A DNA stretch of 64,000 nt from Longimicrobiales bacterium (GCA_965249725.1 CBDFMQ010000002.1:1856001-1920000); one strand, 5' to 3'. Shown: positions 40,619 to 49,365, counted from the stretch's first letter. Numbers and translations are program-made. The notes: generated from the sequence alone by a model not told the origin.

Positions 40619-41907
40619 CTAGTCCGCGGGCCGTAACTCCCTCAGGTCCCCTCCCGACGGCTCCTGGAAGGCCTGGAGTCCGAATTCGGGGAGGCTCGCA
40701 ATGAGGTGGTCCAGGATGTCGGCCTGCAGTCCCTCGTAGTTGCCCCAATCCGTGTCGTTCGAGAAGCAATAGATCTCCAAGGGCAATCCCTGGGCCCCGG
40801 GCTCGAGCTGACGCACCAGGAGCGTCATCTCGTCGTCGACCATGGCGTGGTTGCGCAAATAGTGGCGTACATACGCGCGGTAAGTGCCCACATTCGTGAG
40901 GCGTCGTGGGTCAGGCATGACGCCGTCGCTGACCTCACGGGCGTTGGCAACTTTCAGTTCGCTCTGCTTGGCCTGCAGGTACTCGTGCAGGAACTCGAAG
41001 CGCGACAACCGGGCGATCTCTTCGTCGGACAGGAAGTGAATGGAGTTCAGGTCCAGGTGGATCGCGCGCTTGATGCGCCGGCCGCCGGCCTCGGTCATTC
41101 CCCGCCAGTTCTTGAACGACTCGGAGATGAACTTGTGGGTGGGGATGGTGGAGATGGTCTTGTCCCAGTTCTGGATCTTCACCGTGTGAAGCGCAATGTC
41201 GATGACGTCACCATCGGCGTTGGCCTGGGGCATCTCCACCCAATCACCGATGCTGATCATGTTGTTGGACATGATCTGGACACTCGCCACCAGGGAGAGG
41301 ATCGTATCCTTGAAGACCAGCATCAGTATCGCGTGAGAGCTCCGAGGCCCGACAGGAAGACCACCGGATTGAGACCCGCCAGCACAGACACCACCAGAAT
41401 GCCCGCGACCACATAGAGGAAGAGGCTGACCACCTGCAAGTAGCCCTTGATTGGGCGGTTCCTGGCCTCGGCGTATGTCTCGGAGTAGATGTCGTTCAGG
41501 GCGTTGAGCAGACCCCCGGCGACCAAAGTGAGGGCGATCACCACCCAGGCTAGGGATACGCGGCGCACGAGAACCGCACCGGCGAGCGCGTATCCGTCCC
41601 AGCTCGTCGCTTGTAGATCGGCCGCCAAGGCGTCAGCCAGTGTGTCGGGACCGACGCCGAGTGCCCATCCGATTCCAGCGTAGGTGATCAGCGCGGGTGC
41701 AACGCTGGCCAGTTTGTGGAAGACCCGCCGTTCGATGAGGCGATCATCCCACGTAGACTGGGTTCTTTGGGCCACGCGGTGAACCAGCCCCAGGAACACG
41801 CGGCGGGCCACGACGTGGGTGAGCCACGCCAGGAGGATGAGCACCGACACCCCACCGACAGCCCGAAGCCAGTCGTTTCCAGCTATGCTCGAAAGGAGAT
41901 TCTGCAC
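40619..41907 (-). CDS. MscS-family channel (YbdG-like), split by a 1-bp frameshift near 41332
   Basis: LSGLGALT|AILMLVFKDTILSLVAS restored by one G; GDWVEMP..ADGDVIDI, RGM..GGRRIKR. Confidence 0.85.
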
Positions 41908-41916
41908 GCTACGCGA

Positions 41917-42984
41917 TCAGTTCCGCACGTCAGGCGGGTCAACGATTGCGTCTGATCCACCCTGCAACACCAACGTTCGGATCGGGAACGGAATCTCGAT
42001 TCCTTCCTCGGCGAAACGCTGGTGCAGCCGCTTGATGAACTCGTGTTTCACCGGCCCCTGACTCTCGAACTCACGCACCATCATCCGCACATCGAAGTTG
42101 ATGCTCGAATCGGCAAAGGTGTGGTAGCGGACGATGGGATCTTCGCCCGGCATGCCACCATCCACCGCACTCAGCACTTGTCTGGACACATCCAAGGCGA
42201 CGGCTTCGACATGAGCCAGGTCGCTGTCGTAGCTAACACCGACCTCGACCGTGACCCATAGCGCTCGCTTGGGCATCGAGAAGTTCTTCACGATGGAGGA
42301 TGCAAGTACGGCATTGGGCACGTTGACGAGGTTGCCGTCCGGGAAGGTTTGGATGGTCGTGCTTCGGCCCTTCACGTCGGTCACCCACCCCTCCTCCCCC
42401 GAAGACAGTTGGATGTAGTCGCGCTGACGAACCTGCTTGGACAGGATGATCTGTACTCCGGCAAAGAGGTTTCCCAGCGTGTCCTGGAGCGCTAGTGCGA
42501 CCGCTATTCCTCCGATACCCGCCGCGGTGATCAGCGCGGTGATGTCGATTCCGAGGTTCTGGAGAATGATGAACAACCCCAGGACGCCGACGGCGAGCCG
42601 AGCGAGATTGACGACCAACGTCGGCGACTTGATCGCGCCGCCCGCTCGGCCCGACAGCATCTCGACTCCACCGCCTACCGCCCTCATCGAGGCGATCACC
42701 GCGACGCCGAGCACGAGGACCATGAGCAAACTGCGCACGGTACTCACCAAGAGCGGGTCCGGTGTGCCGACGTTGAGCGCAAGGTAGACGCCGCCTGCAC
42801 CCGACCAGGCGGTCGCCACGCCACGGAGCGAGTTGACGACCACGTCGTCCCACTTGAAGCGGGTTCGCTCGGCGAGTTTGTGGGCGCGTCGCACGACCAC
42901 GAACTCCAGCACGATACCCAGCAAAAGGCCGCCGACTACGAATGCGACCCGTTGAACCCATTGGTTGTCGAGGAGTGCGGTCAT
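41917..42984 (-). CDS. MscS-family mechanosensitive channel
   Basis: GIGGIAVALALQDTLGNLFAG, VGVSYDSDL, GIEIPFP. Confidence 0.9.
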   Translation of the reverse strand: MTALLDNQWVQRVAFVVGGLLLGIVLEFVVVRRAHKLAERTRFKWDDVVVNSLRGVATAWSGAGGVYLALNVGTPDPLLVSTVRSLLMVLVLGVAVIASMRAVGGGVEMLSGRAGGAIKSPTLVVNLARLAVGVLGLFIILQNLGIDITALITAAGIGGIAVALALQDTLGNLFAGVQIILSKQVRQRDYIQLSSGEEGWVTDVKGRSTTIQTFPDGNLVNVPNAVLASSIVKNFSMPKRALWVTVEVGVSYDSDLAHVEAVALDVSRQVLSAVDGGMPGEDPIVRYHTFADSSINFDVRMMVREFESQGPVKHEFIKRLHQRFAEEGIEIPFPIRTLVLQGGSDAIVDPPDVRN

Positions 42985-43202
42985 CTCTCTCCGCTAGCCC
43001 AACAGATCGAACGGTCTGCGGGTGAGAGGCGGAGGATGTCCGTCGGGAGAGCTTGTTGCGTCATGCACTCAATCTCACTCCCCTATCCGGATCGCAGCAA
43101 TGGCCGCGCCTTGCGGTGGCCCGCCTGGGAAGGCTACAAATCCTCGCGACCTGCCACTTCTCGGAGGATCAACAACTGTCCAGTCGATATCGAGCAGACA
43201 AC

Positions 43203-43838
43203 GTGCCTGGCACGTTCCGTATTCCTTACCTGGTCTACGGGTACGTTGTGGGAGGCCTCTGGTTCACCTGGATCGTGCTGCTTCAGCTGACGCTGAGAGT
43301 CCGAGTTACCGGCACCGAAAATGTACCCAACGGCTCGAACTTCATCCTGTGCCAGTGGCATGAGTCTGGGCCGTTGGCGATTGAAACATGGGCGCCGCGT
43401 CTTCCCGCCTATTTGCGACAGCGGCCGCACGCTTGGATCGTGCACTCGGACTGGTATACGAAGCCGGTTTGGGTCCTCCTGAGATTGATCGGCGTACAGA
43501 AACTCGTTTCCGCGTCGGTGGGAAATGGCCGACGCGAAGCCGCGGAGGAGATCGTGGGCTTCCTCAAGAAGGGGTACTCGACCTTTGTCACTCCGGACGG
43601 TCCGAAGGGGCCGGCGCGAATACTGAAGAAAGGTGCGCTCCACATGGCGGTTCAGAGTGGCGTGCCGATCCTTCCCGTGCGCATTTCCGCGAACCGCTGC
43701 TATCGCACCGACTCATGGGACCGAAAGATGCATCCGCTGCCCTTTTCCACCATTCATGTGGACGTCGGAGCCCCGATCGCTGTGACGAGCAGCAACTTCG
43801 ACGAGAGCATCGAAGCACTGACCGACGCTCTCGGGTAG
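43203..43838 (+). CDS. Lysophospholipid acyltransferase family protein (DUF374-like); start uncertain
   Basis: WH, TPDGPKGP, SWD..PLPF. Confidence 0.75.
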   Translation: MPGTFRIPYLVYGYVVGGLWFTWIVLLQLTLRVRVTGTENVPNGSNFILCQWHESGPLAIETWAPRLPAYLRQRPHAWIVHSDWYTKPVWVLLRLIGVQKLVSASVGNGRREAAEEIVGFLKKGYSTFVTPDGPKGPARILKKGALHMAVQSGVPILPVRISANRCYRTDSWDRKMHPLPFSTIHVDVGAPIAVTSSNFDESIEALTDALG

Positions 43839-43901
43839 AGAAAGACAGTCCCGCACCGGCAAAAAATCGAGGGGGTGCAGTGCTGGACCCCGTGCGCTGC
43901 T

Positions 43902-45326
43902 CTACTCCTTCAGCACGCGCTCGATCTTCGAAGGCTCCTGCATGATCTGTTCGATGGCGTCGGCGTCAAACGGGACGATGTGCTCCGTGAAGGGCTCGAA
44001 CCCGGTATCCGTGATCGCACCGCAGTCTTCCACCTGAATCATGATGTTCAGCTCGGGTATGACCCACGCGGGGGGCTCGTAGGCGAGCACCTGCCCCGGC
44101 CTGAGCGGCTCGGCGTAGTCGCCCGCGTCCCGGACGTAGTGGCCGAGGAAGTGTCCCATGCGGTTGTAGGGTTCGAGCTCCTCGATGAACCTCGCCAGCT
44201 CGCGCTCGAGGACCGGGTGCTTCGTCTTTTCCTTCCCGAGCTCGGCGATGTAGTCCTGCACTAGGTCGCGGAACGTCTTCCCAGGACCGATCTCCTTCTT
44301 CGCCCTCAGGAACGGAAGGGTGTAGAGGTCGTATGCCTCCCGCTGCTCGTCGGTGAACGTCCCCGAGATCGGGAAGGTCCGCGCCATGTCCGCGTAGTAG
44401 TAGTTCACCTCCATCGCCCAATCCAAGAACACGAGATCGCCGTCGCGGATCTGGCGGTCCTTCCAGTCGTAGTAGTTCCCGATATACTGCCCCGCGCCAC
44501 GGAGCAGTATGTTCTCACCGGACTCTACGATCGGTAGCCAGGCGGGGCGGTTCCCGCCGAGCGAGCGGCTGGTGAACCAGGCCACCGCGGCCAGCTCGCG
44601 ATCGTAGACACCGGGCTGGGCGAAACGCAGCACTTCGAGGTACGCGAGCGCCGAGACGCGCGCGCTCTCTCGGATCTGCTCCAGTTCGAACTCGTCCTTG
44701 ATGGCTCGTTGCTCGAGCAGTGGCCGGGAGAGGTTGCGGATTTGCAGATAGGGAAAGCGGTCGCGAATCGATTCGGCGAGATCCTCCTCGGGGTACCGGA
44801 GATCCCTGAGGCCGGGCGGCGTGGTCCCGGTATACGAGTCGGGAATGAAGATGTCGGTGGCGGCTGGGCCCAGGACCCAGCACGTGTCCACTCCGTCGTG
44901 CTCGATGGTCTGGTAGACGTAATGCACGAAGTCTCGCGCTGCTTTTATCGAGTCGATGCCGGAAGCCCGAATCTCCTCGGCGAGCTGACGCTCCACCGTT
45001 TCCGCCACCCCCTCCCGCCGGGATGCGGGGCCGTAGACCGTGTCCACGGTGAGCCCGCCGAGATCCGGGAGGAACACCACCGCCTCTCGCCGCGCCCCGT
45101 TCAGGACGAGATACAGGTTCGGCACCTCGATGCCCGTCAAGTAGAAGAAGTTCTCCTCCTGCTTAAAGGCGTCGTGGATGTGCTCGGGATTGAAGCGCAT
45201 CAGCATGCGGATGCGGTTCCCGTCGGGCTGCGCTCTCAGGACGGCGACTGACTTGGGCCCGATGTCGTCCAGCAGACGGTCTCTGCGGTCGCGCAGAGCG
45301 TCGGTTGAGGCTTTCTCGGTAGCCAT
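43902..45326 (-). CDS. M24 (Xaa-Pro aminopeptidase-like) metallopeptidase
   Basis: FKQEENFFYLTG, IKD..ELE, YADMARTFP, GH, EP, VED. Confidence 0.82.
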   Translation of the reverse strand: MATEKASTDALRDRRDRLLDDIGPKSVAVLRAQPDGNRIRMLMRFNPEHIHDAFKQEENFFYLTGIEVPNLYLVLNGARREAVVFLPDLGGLTVDTVYGPASRREGVAETVERQLAEEIRASGIDSIKAARDFVHYVYQTIEHDGVDTCWVLGPAATDIFIPDSYTGTTPPGLRDLRYPEEDLAESIRDRFPYLQIRNLSRPLLEQRAIKDEFELEQIRESARVSALAYLEVLRFAQPGVYDRELAAVAWFTSRSLGGNRPAWLPIVESGENILLRGAGQYIGNYYDWKDRQIRDGDLVFLDWAMEVNYYYADMARTFPISGTFTDEQREAYDLYTLPFLRAKKEIGPGKTFRDLVQDYIAELGKEKTKHPVLERELARFIEELEPYNRMGHFLGHYVRDAGDYAEPLRPGQVLAYEPPAWVIPELNIMIQVEDCGAITDTGFEPFTEHIVPFDADAIEQIMQEPSKIERVLKE

Positions 45327-45401
45327 GAAGCCGTCTTTCTCTCAAAGGGTGATGCCGTCGAGGCGAAGCCTGTTCCAACGTCCGTCGATCACGAGATTCG
45401 C

Positions 45402-46703
45402 GTGGTGAAAGAACCGAGTTCGCGGGGAGGAGCGGGGTCGCACCCACCGGGACTCTACGTGCTGTTCTTCACCGAGATGTGCGAACGGTACAGCTTCTAC
45501 TCGATGCTGGCCATTCTCGTCCTCTATATGGACGAGGCCCTCCTGTTCTCGCAGAGCGAGATCGGTCAGGTGTACGGAGGCTACAACGCCGCCGTGTGGT
45601 TTCTCCCCCTTCTGGGCGGCGTGATGGCCGATCGACTCCTCGGCTGCCGTCGTGCGGTGTTCGTCGGTGGCATCTTGATGGCCGGTGGCCATCTCCTGCT
45701 CGCCCTCGAGAGCATTGCCACGTTCTACCCGGCGCTCGCGCTGCTCGCCTGCGGCGTTGGGTTATTCAAGCCCAGCGTGTCGACCCTTGTTGGGAATCTC
45801 TACCGCGACCGCCCGGCGCTCAGAGACGCGGGGTTCAACATCTTCTACATGGGCGTGAGTCTGGGTGGCATTGTGGCACCTTTTGCCGTGGCGTACCTCC
45901 GGGCCACGCGCGGGTGGGGGGCAGCGTTCGGTTCTGCGGCCGTCGCGATGTTCCTCTCGCTTGCGATCTTCGCCGCGTTTCGGCGGCACGTCGTCGATAG
46001 TGGTGCCGGAGCGCTGCGGGTCGAGGAGGGGGCGGACCTGTCGCCGGCCGAGGCGCGGGCCCGGCTGGTGGCGCTCCTCGTGGTGTTCATCATCATGATC
46101 CCGGTCTGGATTCCGACCTTTCAAATCGGCTTTACGCTGACCCTCTGGGCACGCGACAACGTTCAAACCTCGCTCCCGCCCGAGGTATTTCAGTCGCTCA
46201 ATCCGCTCACCATCGTGGCGGGCACGCCGCTGATTGTCGCGCTGTGGAGCCGCCTTAGGCTCCGGGACGCCGAGCCGCCTGGCTACGGTAAGATGTTTCT
46301 CGGCATCCTGATCATCACGGCTGGGGTGGCCGTGGTCGTGCTCGCCGGGCTAAGCGGTGGCGATACGGAACGGGTGTCCGTCGTGTGGCTGGTCGCTGCC
46401 ATGGTCCTGATGTCGGCTAGCGAGCTGTTCACCACGCCCCCGGGACTCGCAATGGTCACCCGGGTCGCTCCCCCGCAGATCCGCGGGACCCTGATGGGCG
46501 GTTGGTTCGTGACGCTCGCTGTGGCGGCCTACATTTCCGGATGGCTTGGCACCCTTTGGGACCGCATCCCGCACAGCCAGTATTTCATGCTGATCGGCGC
46601 GCTCACGACGATATCTGCGCTGGCACTGGCGTGGGCGGGCAAGCGGCTCGGCCCCGTGCTGTTGGCCGGGGCATCTAGAGCCGATGATTCGGTGGCCGGA
46701 TAG
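45402..46703 (+). CDS. POT-family proton-dependent oligopeptide transporter
   Basis: EMCERYSFY (ExxERxxxY), GLFKP, GFNIFYMG, FQSLNP. Confidence 0.9.
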   Translation: MVKEPSSRGGAGSHPPGLYVLFFTEMCERYSFYSMLAILVLYMDEALLFSQSEIGQVYGGYNAAVWFLPLLGGVMADRLLGCRRAVFVGGILMAGGHLLLALESIATFYPALALLACGVGLFKPSVSTLVGNLYRDRPALRDAGFNIFYMGVSLGGIVAPFAVAYLRATRGWGAAFGSAAVAMFLSLAIFAAFRRHVVDSGAGALRVEEGADLSPAEARARLVALLVVFIIMIPVWIPTFQIGFTLTLWARDNVQTSLPPEVFQSLNPLTIVAGTPLIVALWSRLRLRDAEPPGYGKMFLGILIITAGVAVVVLAGLSGGDTERVSVVWLVAAMVLMSASELFTTPPGLAMVTRVAPPQIRGTLMGGWFVTLAVAAYISGWLGTLWDRIPHSQYFMLIGALTTISALALAWAGKRLGPVLLAGASRADDSVAG

Positions 46704-46746
46704 AGAGGACGAGTACCGCTAAGACCCTGTAAGATCCGTTACGCGG

Positions 46747-46780
46747 GAAAAAGCCCCCAGATGTGAGCACATCTGAGAGC
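46747..46780 (-). terminator. Intrinsic terminator, duplicate of the one after tRNA-Ser(CGA)
   Basis: Minus strand GCTCTCAGATGTG-CT-CACATCTGGGGGC-TTTTT. Confidence 0.7.
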
Positions 46781-46853
46781 CGAGCGGACTTTGAGGGCGA
46801 TCTGGCACGGAGTTCTGGCGTCAGACGTCCGCTCCACCCGTTCGGCGCCGCCG

Positions 46854-47105
46854 CTAGGGGCGTCCGAACCGCGTCTCGAATCGATCGAAGCGTCCTTCAA
46901 GGCGGTCGATTCGCTCGGCGTTCCCTGTCACGCCCTCGGCCACCGCACGCAGGTCGTGGCCCAACTGTTCTTGGCCCACCTCAACACGGGTCAGCTGATC
47001 ACCGTGCTCCTCGTAGATGCGGCCGACCATCTCGTAGTTTCGCGAGATCCCCTTCGCGTTCTCTTGGATCAGGGATCTCAGTTCCTGGAATTGCCGTCGG
47101 GTCAT
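46854..47105 (-). CDS. Small coiled-coil hypothetical protein between duplicated terminators
   Basis: 83 aa; heptad pattern IDRLEGRFDRFETRF. Confidence 0.55.
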   Translation of the reverse strand: MTRRQFQELRSLIQENAKGISRNYEMVGRIYEEHGDQLTRVEVGQEQLGHDLRAVAEGVTGNAERIDRLEGRFDRFETRFGRP

Positions 47106-47184
47106 CGGTCCCCGGAGTGCTTGGAAGGCTCAGAAGCGCAATCTACGTATCGGGGCCGAGCTGGAACATGTCTGGTTGAGACAA

Positions 47185-47218
47185 GAAAAAGCCCCCAGAT
47201 GTGAACACATCTGAGAGC
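47185..47218 (-). terminator. Intrinsic terminator ending the tRNA operon
   Basis: Minus strand GCTCTCAGATGTG-TT-CACATCTGGGGGC-TTTTT. Confidence 0.8.
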
Positions 47219-47222
47219 TAAG

Positions 47223-47306
47223 CGGAGCCGGTGGGACTCGAACCCACAAGTCCTTTTGGGACGCCGGTTTTCGAGACCGGTGCAATACCAGTTATGCGAC
47301 GGCTCC
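47223..47306 (-). tRNA. tRNA-Ser(CGA)
   Basis: CCGGT-CTCGAAA-ACCGG anticodon arm, long variable arm, G73. Confidence 0.88.
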
Positions 47307-47345
47307 ATGCTGTCGCGGGTGGGTCTAGGTGAAGTGTGTGTATAG

Positions 47346-47419
47346 TCGGGGCGCCCGGATTCGAACCGGGGACCTCTGCGTCCCGAACGCAGCGCTCTAC
47401 CGGACTGAGCCACGCCCCG
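47346..47419 (-). tRNA. tRNA-Pro(CGG), intact
   Basis: CTGCG-TTCGGGA-CGCAG; full cloverleaf. Confidence 0.95.
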
Positions 47420-47450
47420 ATTTACTGCAACAACGACACCGGTCTATTCC

Positions 47451-47605
47451 TACCGGCGCCCGGATGGAGCTGCGGTCGCCTTCGGCGATCCTCGCTCGTC
47501 TCGGCGGATACCACCTCGATCTTCGAAACCGACCCGCCGCCTCGGCTCGAACCGGGGACCTCTGCGTCCCGAACGCAGCGCTCTACCGGACTGAGCCACG
47601 CCCCG
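47451..47605 (-). pseudogene. tRNA-Pro(CGG) copy with an 81-nt T-loop insertion (47466-47546) and an altered acceptor 3' end
   Basis: Identical to the intact gene up to TTCGA; resumes at ATCCGGGCGCC, then GGT instead of CCG. Confidence 0.85.
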
Positions 47606-47636
47606 AATTACTGCAACAACGACACCGGTCTATTCC

Positions 47637-47792
47637 TACCGGCGCCCGGATGGAGCTGCGGTCGCCTTCGGCGATCCTCGCTCGTCTCGGCGGTTACCTC
47701 CTCGGTCTTCGAGACCCTAACAGGCGCCTCGGCTCGAACCGGGGACCTCTGCGTCCCGAACGCAGCGCTCTACCGGACTGAGCCACGCCCCG
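47637..47792 (-). pseudogene. tRNA-Pro(CGG) copy with an 82-nt T-loop insertion (47652-47733) and an altered acceptor 3' end
   Basis: Same pattern as the 47451 copy; second ~186-bp tandem unit. Confidence 0.85.
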
Positions 47793-47868
47793 AATTCACA
47801 TCTGACCGCCCAAAACACGTTTCCGCGGAAACGTGACATACGGGAGCAAGCGGGCGGTACTTCCAACC

Positions 47869-47974
47869 ACGGGGTGGGATTGGCCGAGCTCCGCTCGTCC
47901 GTCTCGGCGAAGATCACCTCGATCTTCAATACCAGCCCGACGCCTCGGCTCGAACCGAATCCCACACACTACGC
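47869..47974 (-). repeat. Duplicated 3' end of tRNA-Ser(GGA) with a 69-nt T-loop insertion (47881-47949)
   Basis: Minus strand GTGGGATTCGGTTCGA[GCCGAGGCG...]ATCCCACCCCGT. Confidence 0.8.
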
Positions 47975-47990
47975 ATTCAAATACTTGAAA

Positions 47991-48074
47991 CGGACGGGGT
48001 GGGATTCGAACCCACGAGGGTGTTAACCCACACGATTTCCAATCGTGCGCCTTAAGCCGCTCGGCCACCCGTCC
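47991..48074 (-). tRNA. tRNA-Ser(GGA)
   Basis: CACGA-TTGGAAA-TCGTG; variable arm. Confidence 0.95.
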
Positions 48075-48106
48075 TGGGGGAGAGCCGTTTGCGGGCTCTC
48101 AGGCAA

Positions 48107-48216
48107 CGGAGGGAGTGGGATGGGCCGAGCTTCGCTCGGCGGTCTCGGCGAAGATCACGCTGCTCTCCGAAGAACACCCTGCCGCCTCGGCTCGAACCGA
48201 ATCCCACATCCTACGC
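48107..48216 (-). repeat. Duplicated 3' end of tRNA-Ser(GCT) with a 70-nt T-loop insertion (48122-48191)
   Basis: Minus strand GTGGGATTCGGTTCGA[GCCGAGGCG...]ATCCCACTCCCTCCG. Confidence 0.8.
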
Positions 48217-48233
48217 GTTCTCGTACCTCTTAG

Positions 48234-48317
48234 CGGAGGGAGTGGGATTCGAACCCACGCGGACTTGCGTCCAACGCCTTAGCAGGGCGTCGCCTTAAGC
48301 CACTCGGCCATCCCTCC
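48234..48317 (-). tRNA. tRNA-Ser(GCT)
   Basis: ACGCC-CTGCTAA-GGCGT; variable arm. Confidence 0.95.
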
Positions 48318-48340
48318 CAGAGTGTGGTGTTCCTCACCAA

Positions 48341-48413
48341 TTGCCCCTCTAGGGCTCGAACCTAGACTCTCCGGAACCAGAATCCGGCGTGTTGCCAGTT
48401 ACACCAAGGGGCA
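48341..48413 (-). tRNA. tRNA-Gln(CTG)
   Basis: CCGGA-TTCTGGT-TCCGG. Confidence 0.93.
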
Positions 48414-48419
48414 CTTAAG

Positions 48420-48492
48420 AGCCACCTGTCGGATTTGAACCGACGACCCCGTCATTACGAGTGACGTGCTCTACCAACTGAGCTAAGGTGGC
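48420..48492 (-). tRNA. tRNA-Thr(CGT)
   Basis: CGTCA-CTCGTAA-TGACG. Confidence 0.95.
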
Positions 48493-48499
48493 AAAACAA

Positions 48500-48572
48500 T
48501 GGAGCCGAGGGGAATCGAACCCCTGACCTCAGCGTTGCGAACGCTGCGCTCTCCCAACTGAGCTACGGCCCC
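48500..48572 (-). tRNA. tRNA-Ala(CGC)
   Basis: CAGCG-TTCGCAA-CGCTG; G3:U70. Confidence 0.95.
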
Positions 48573-48619
48573 CCAAACTCGTCGGCCACCCGGCCATTTC
48601 CGCTGAGGGCCGCCTTTAG

Positions 48620-48693
<74 letters not shown>

Positions 48694-48726
48694 GATCCTG
48701 CCATGCCTGCCTGTTCCTACACTCAA

Positions 48727-48800
48727 CGCGCCCGGAGGGATTCGAACCCCCGACCTCCTGGTCCGTAGCCAGGCACTCTATCCAGCTGAGCTACGGGCGC
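48727..48800 (-). tRNA. tRNA-Arg(ACG)
   Basis: CCTGG-CTACGGA-CCAGG. Confidence 0.95.
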
Positions 48801-48943
48801 ATAAATGAACTCGAAGACCACTCTTTTCGCGAGGCGATTTTGGTGCAGGGCAAGGCGCCCCGACTGAGGCGTACAAACGTACGCCGCAGGGAGGGTCGAC
48901 CGTAGTCCCGACGCCACCATGCGCCAAAAGCGTCCGCGAAAAA

Positions 48944-49027
48944 TGCCCACGACAGGACTCGAACCTGTACGCCGTTTCCGACACTGGTCCCTCAAACCAG
49001 CCTGTCTACCAATTCCAGCACGTGGGC
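48944..49027 (-). tRNA. tRNA-Leu(GAG)
   Basis: CTGGT-TTGAGGG-ACCAG; variable arm. Confidence 0.95.
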
Positions 49028-49064
49028 AAGTCTGCCTGAATCAAACCGAGTCGAGCAGCACAAA

Positions 49065-49149
49065 TGCTCGAGGAGGGACTCGAACCCTCACGGGGTTAAC
49101 CCCCACAGGGTCCTGAACCCTGCGCGTCTACCAATTCCGCCACCCGAGC
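49065..49149 (-). tRNA. tRNA-Leu(CAG)
   Basis: CAGGG-TTCAGGA-CCCTG; variable arm. Confidence 0.95.
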
Positions 49150-49164
49150 CTGATTCGAAAGCAG

Positions 49165-49237
<73 letters not shown>

Positions 49238-49277
49238 CTCCACACTTCACCTATGAACTTTCAAAAAGCACATCCAA

Positions 49278-49352
49278 CGGGGCTGACGGGACTTGAACCC
49301 GCGACCTCCGGTGTGACAGACCGGCACTCTAACCAAACTGAGCTACAGCCCC
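49278..49352 (-). tRNA. tRNA-Asp(GTC)
   Basis: CCGGT-CTGTCAC-ACCGG. Confidence 0.95.
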
Positions 49353-49365
49353 TTCCCTAAAAACT

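Noticed and set aside
47420..47792. CRISPR array
   Set aside because: The constant part is about 155 nt and tRNA-derived, the variable parts are homologous to each other, and there are no cas genes in the window.
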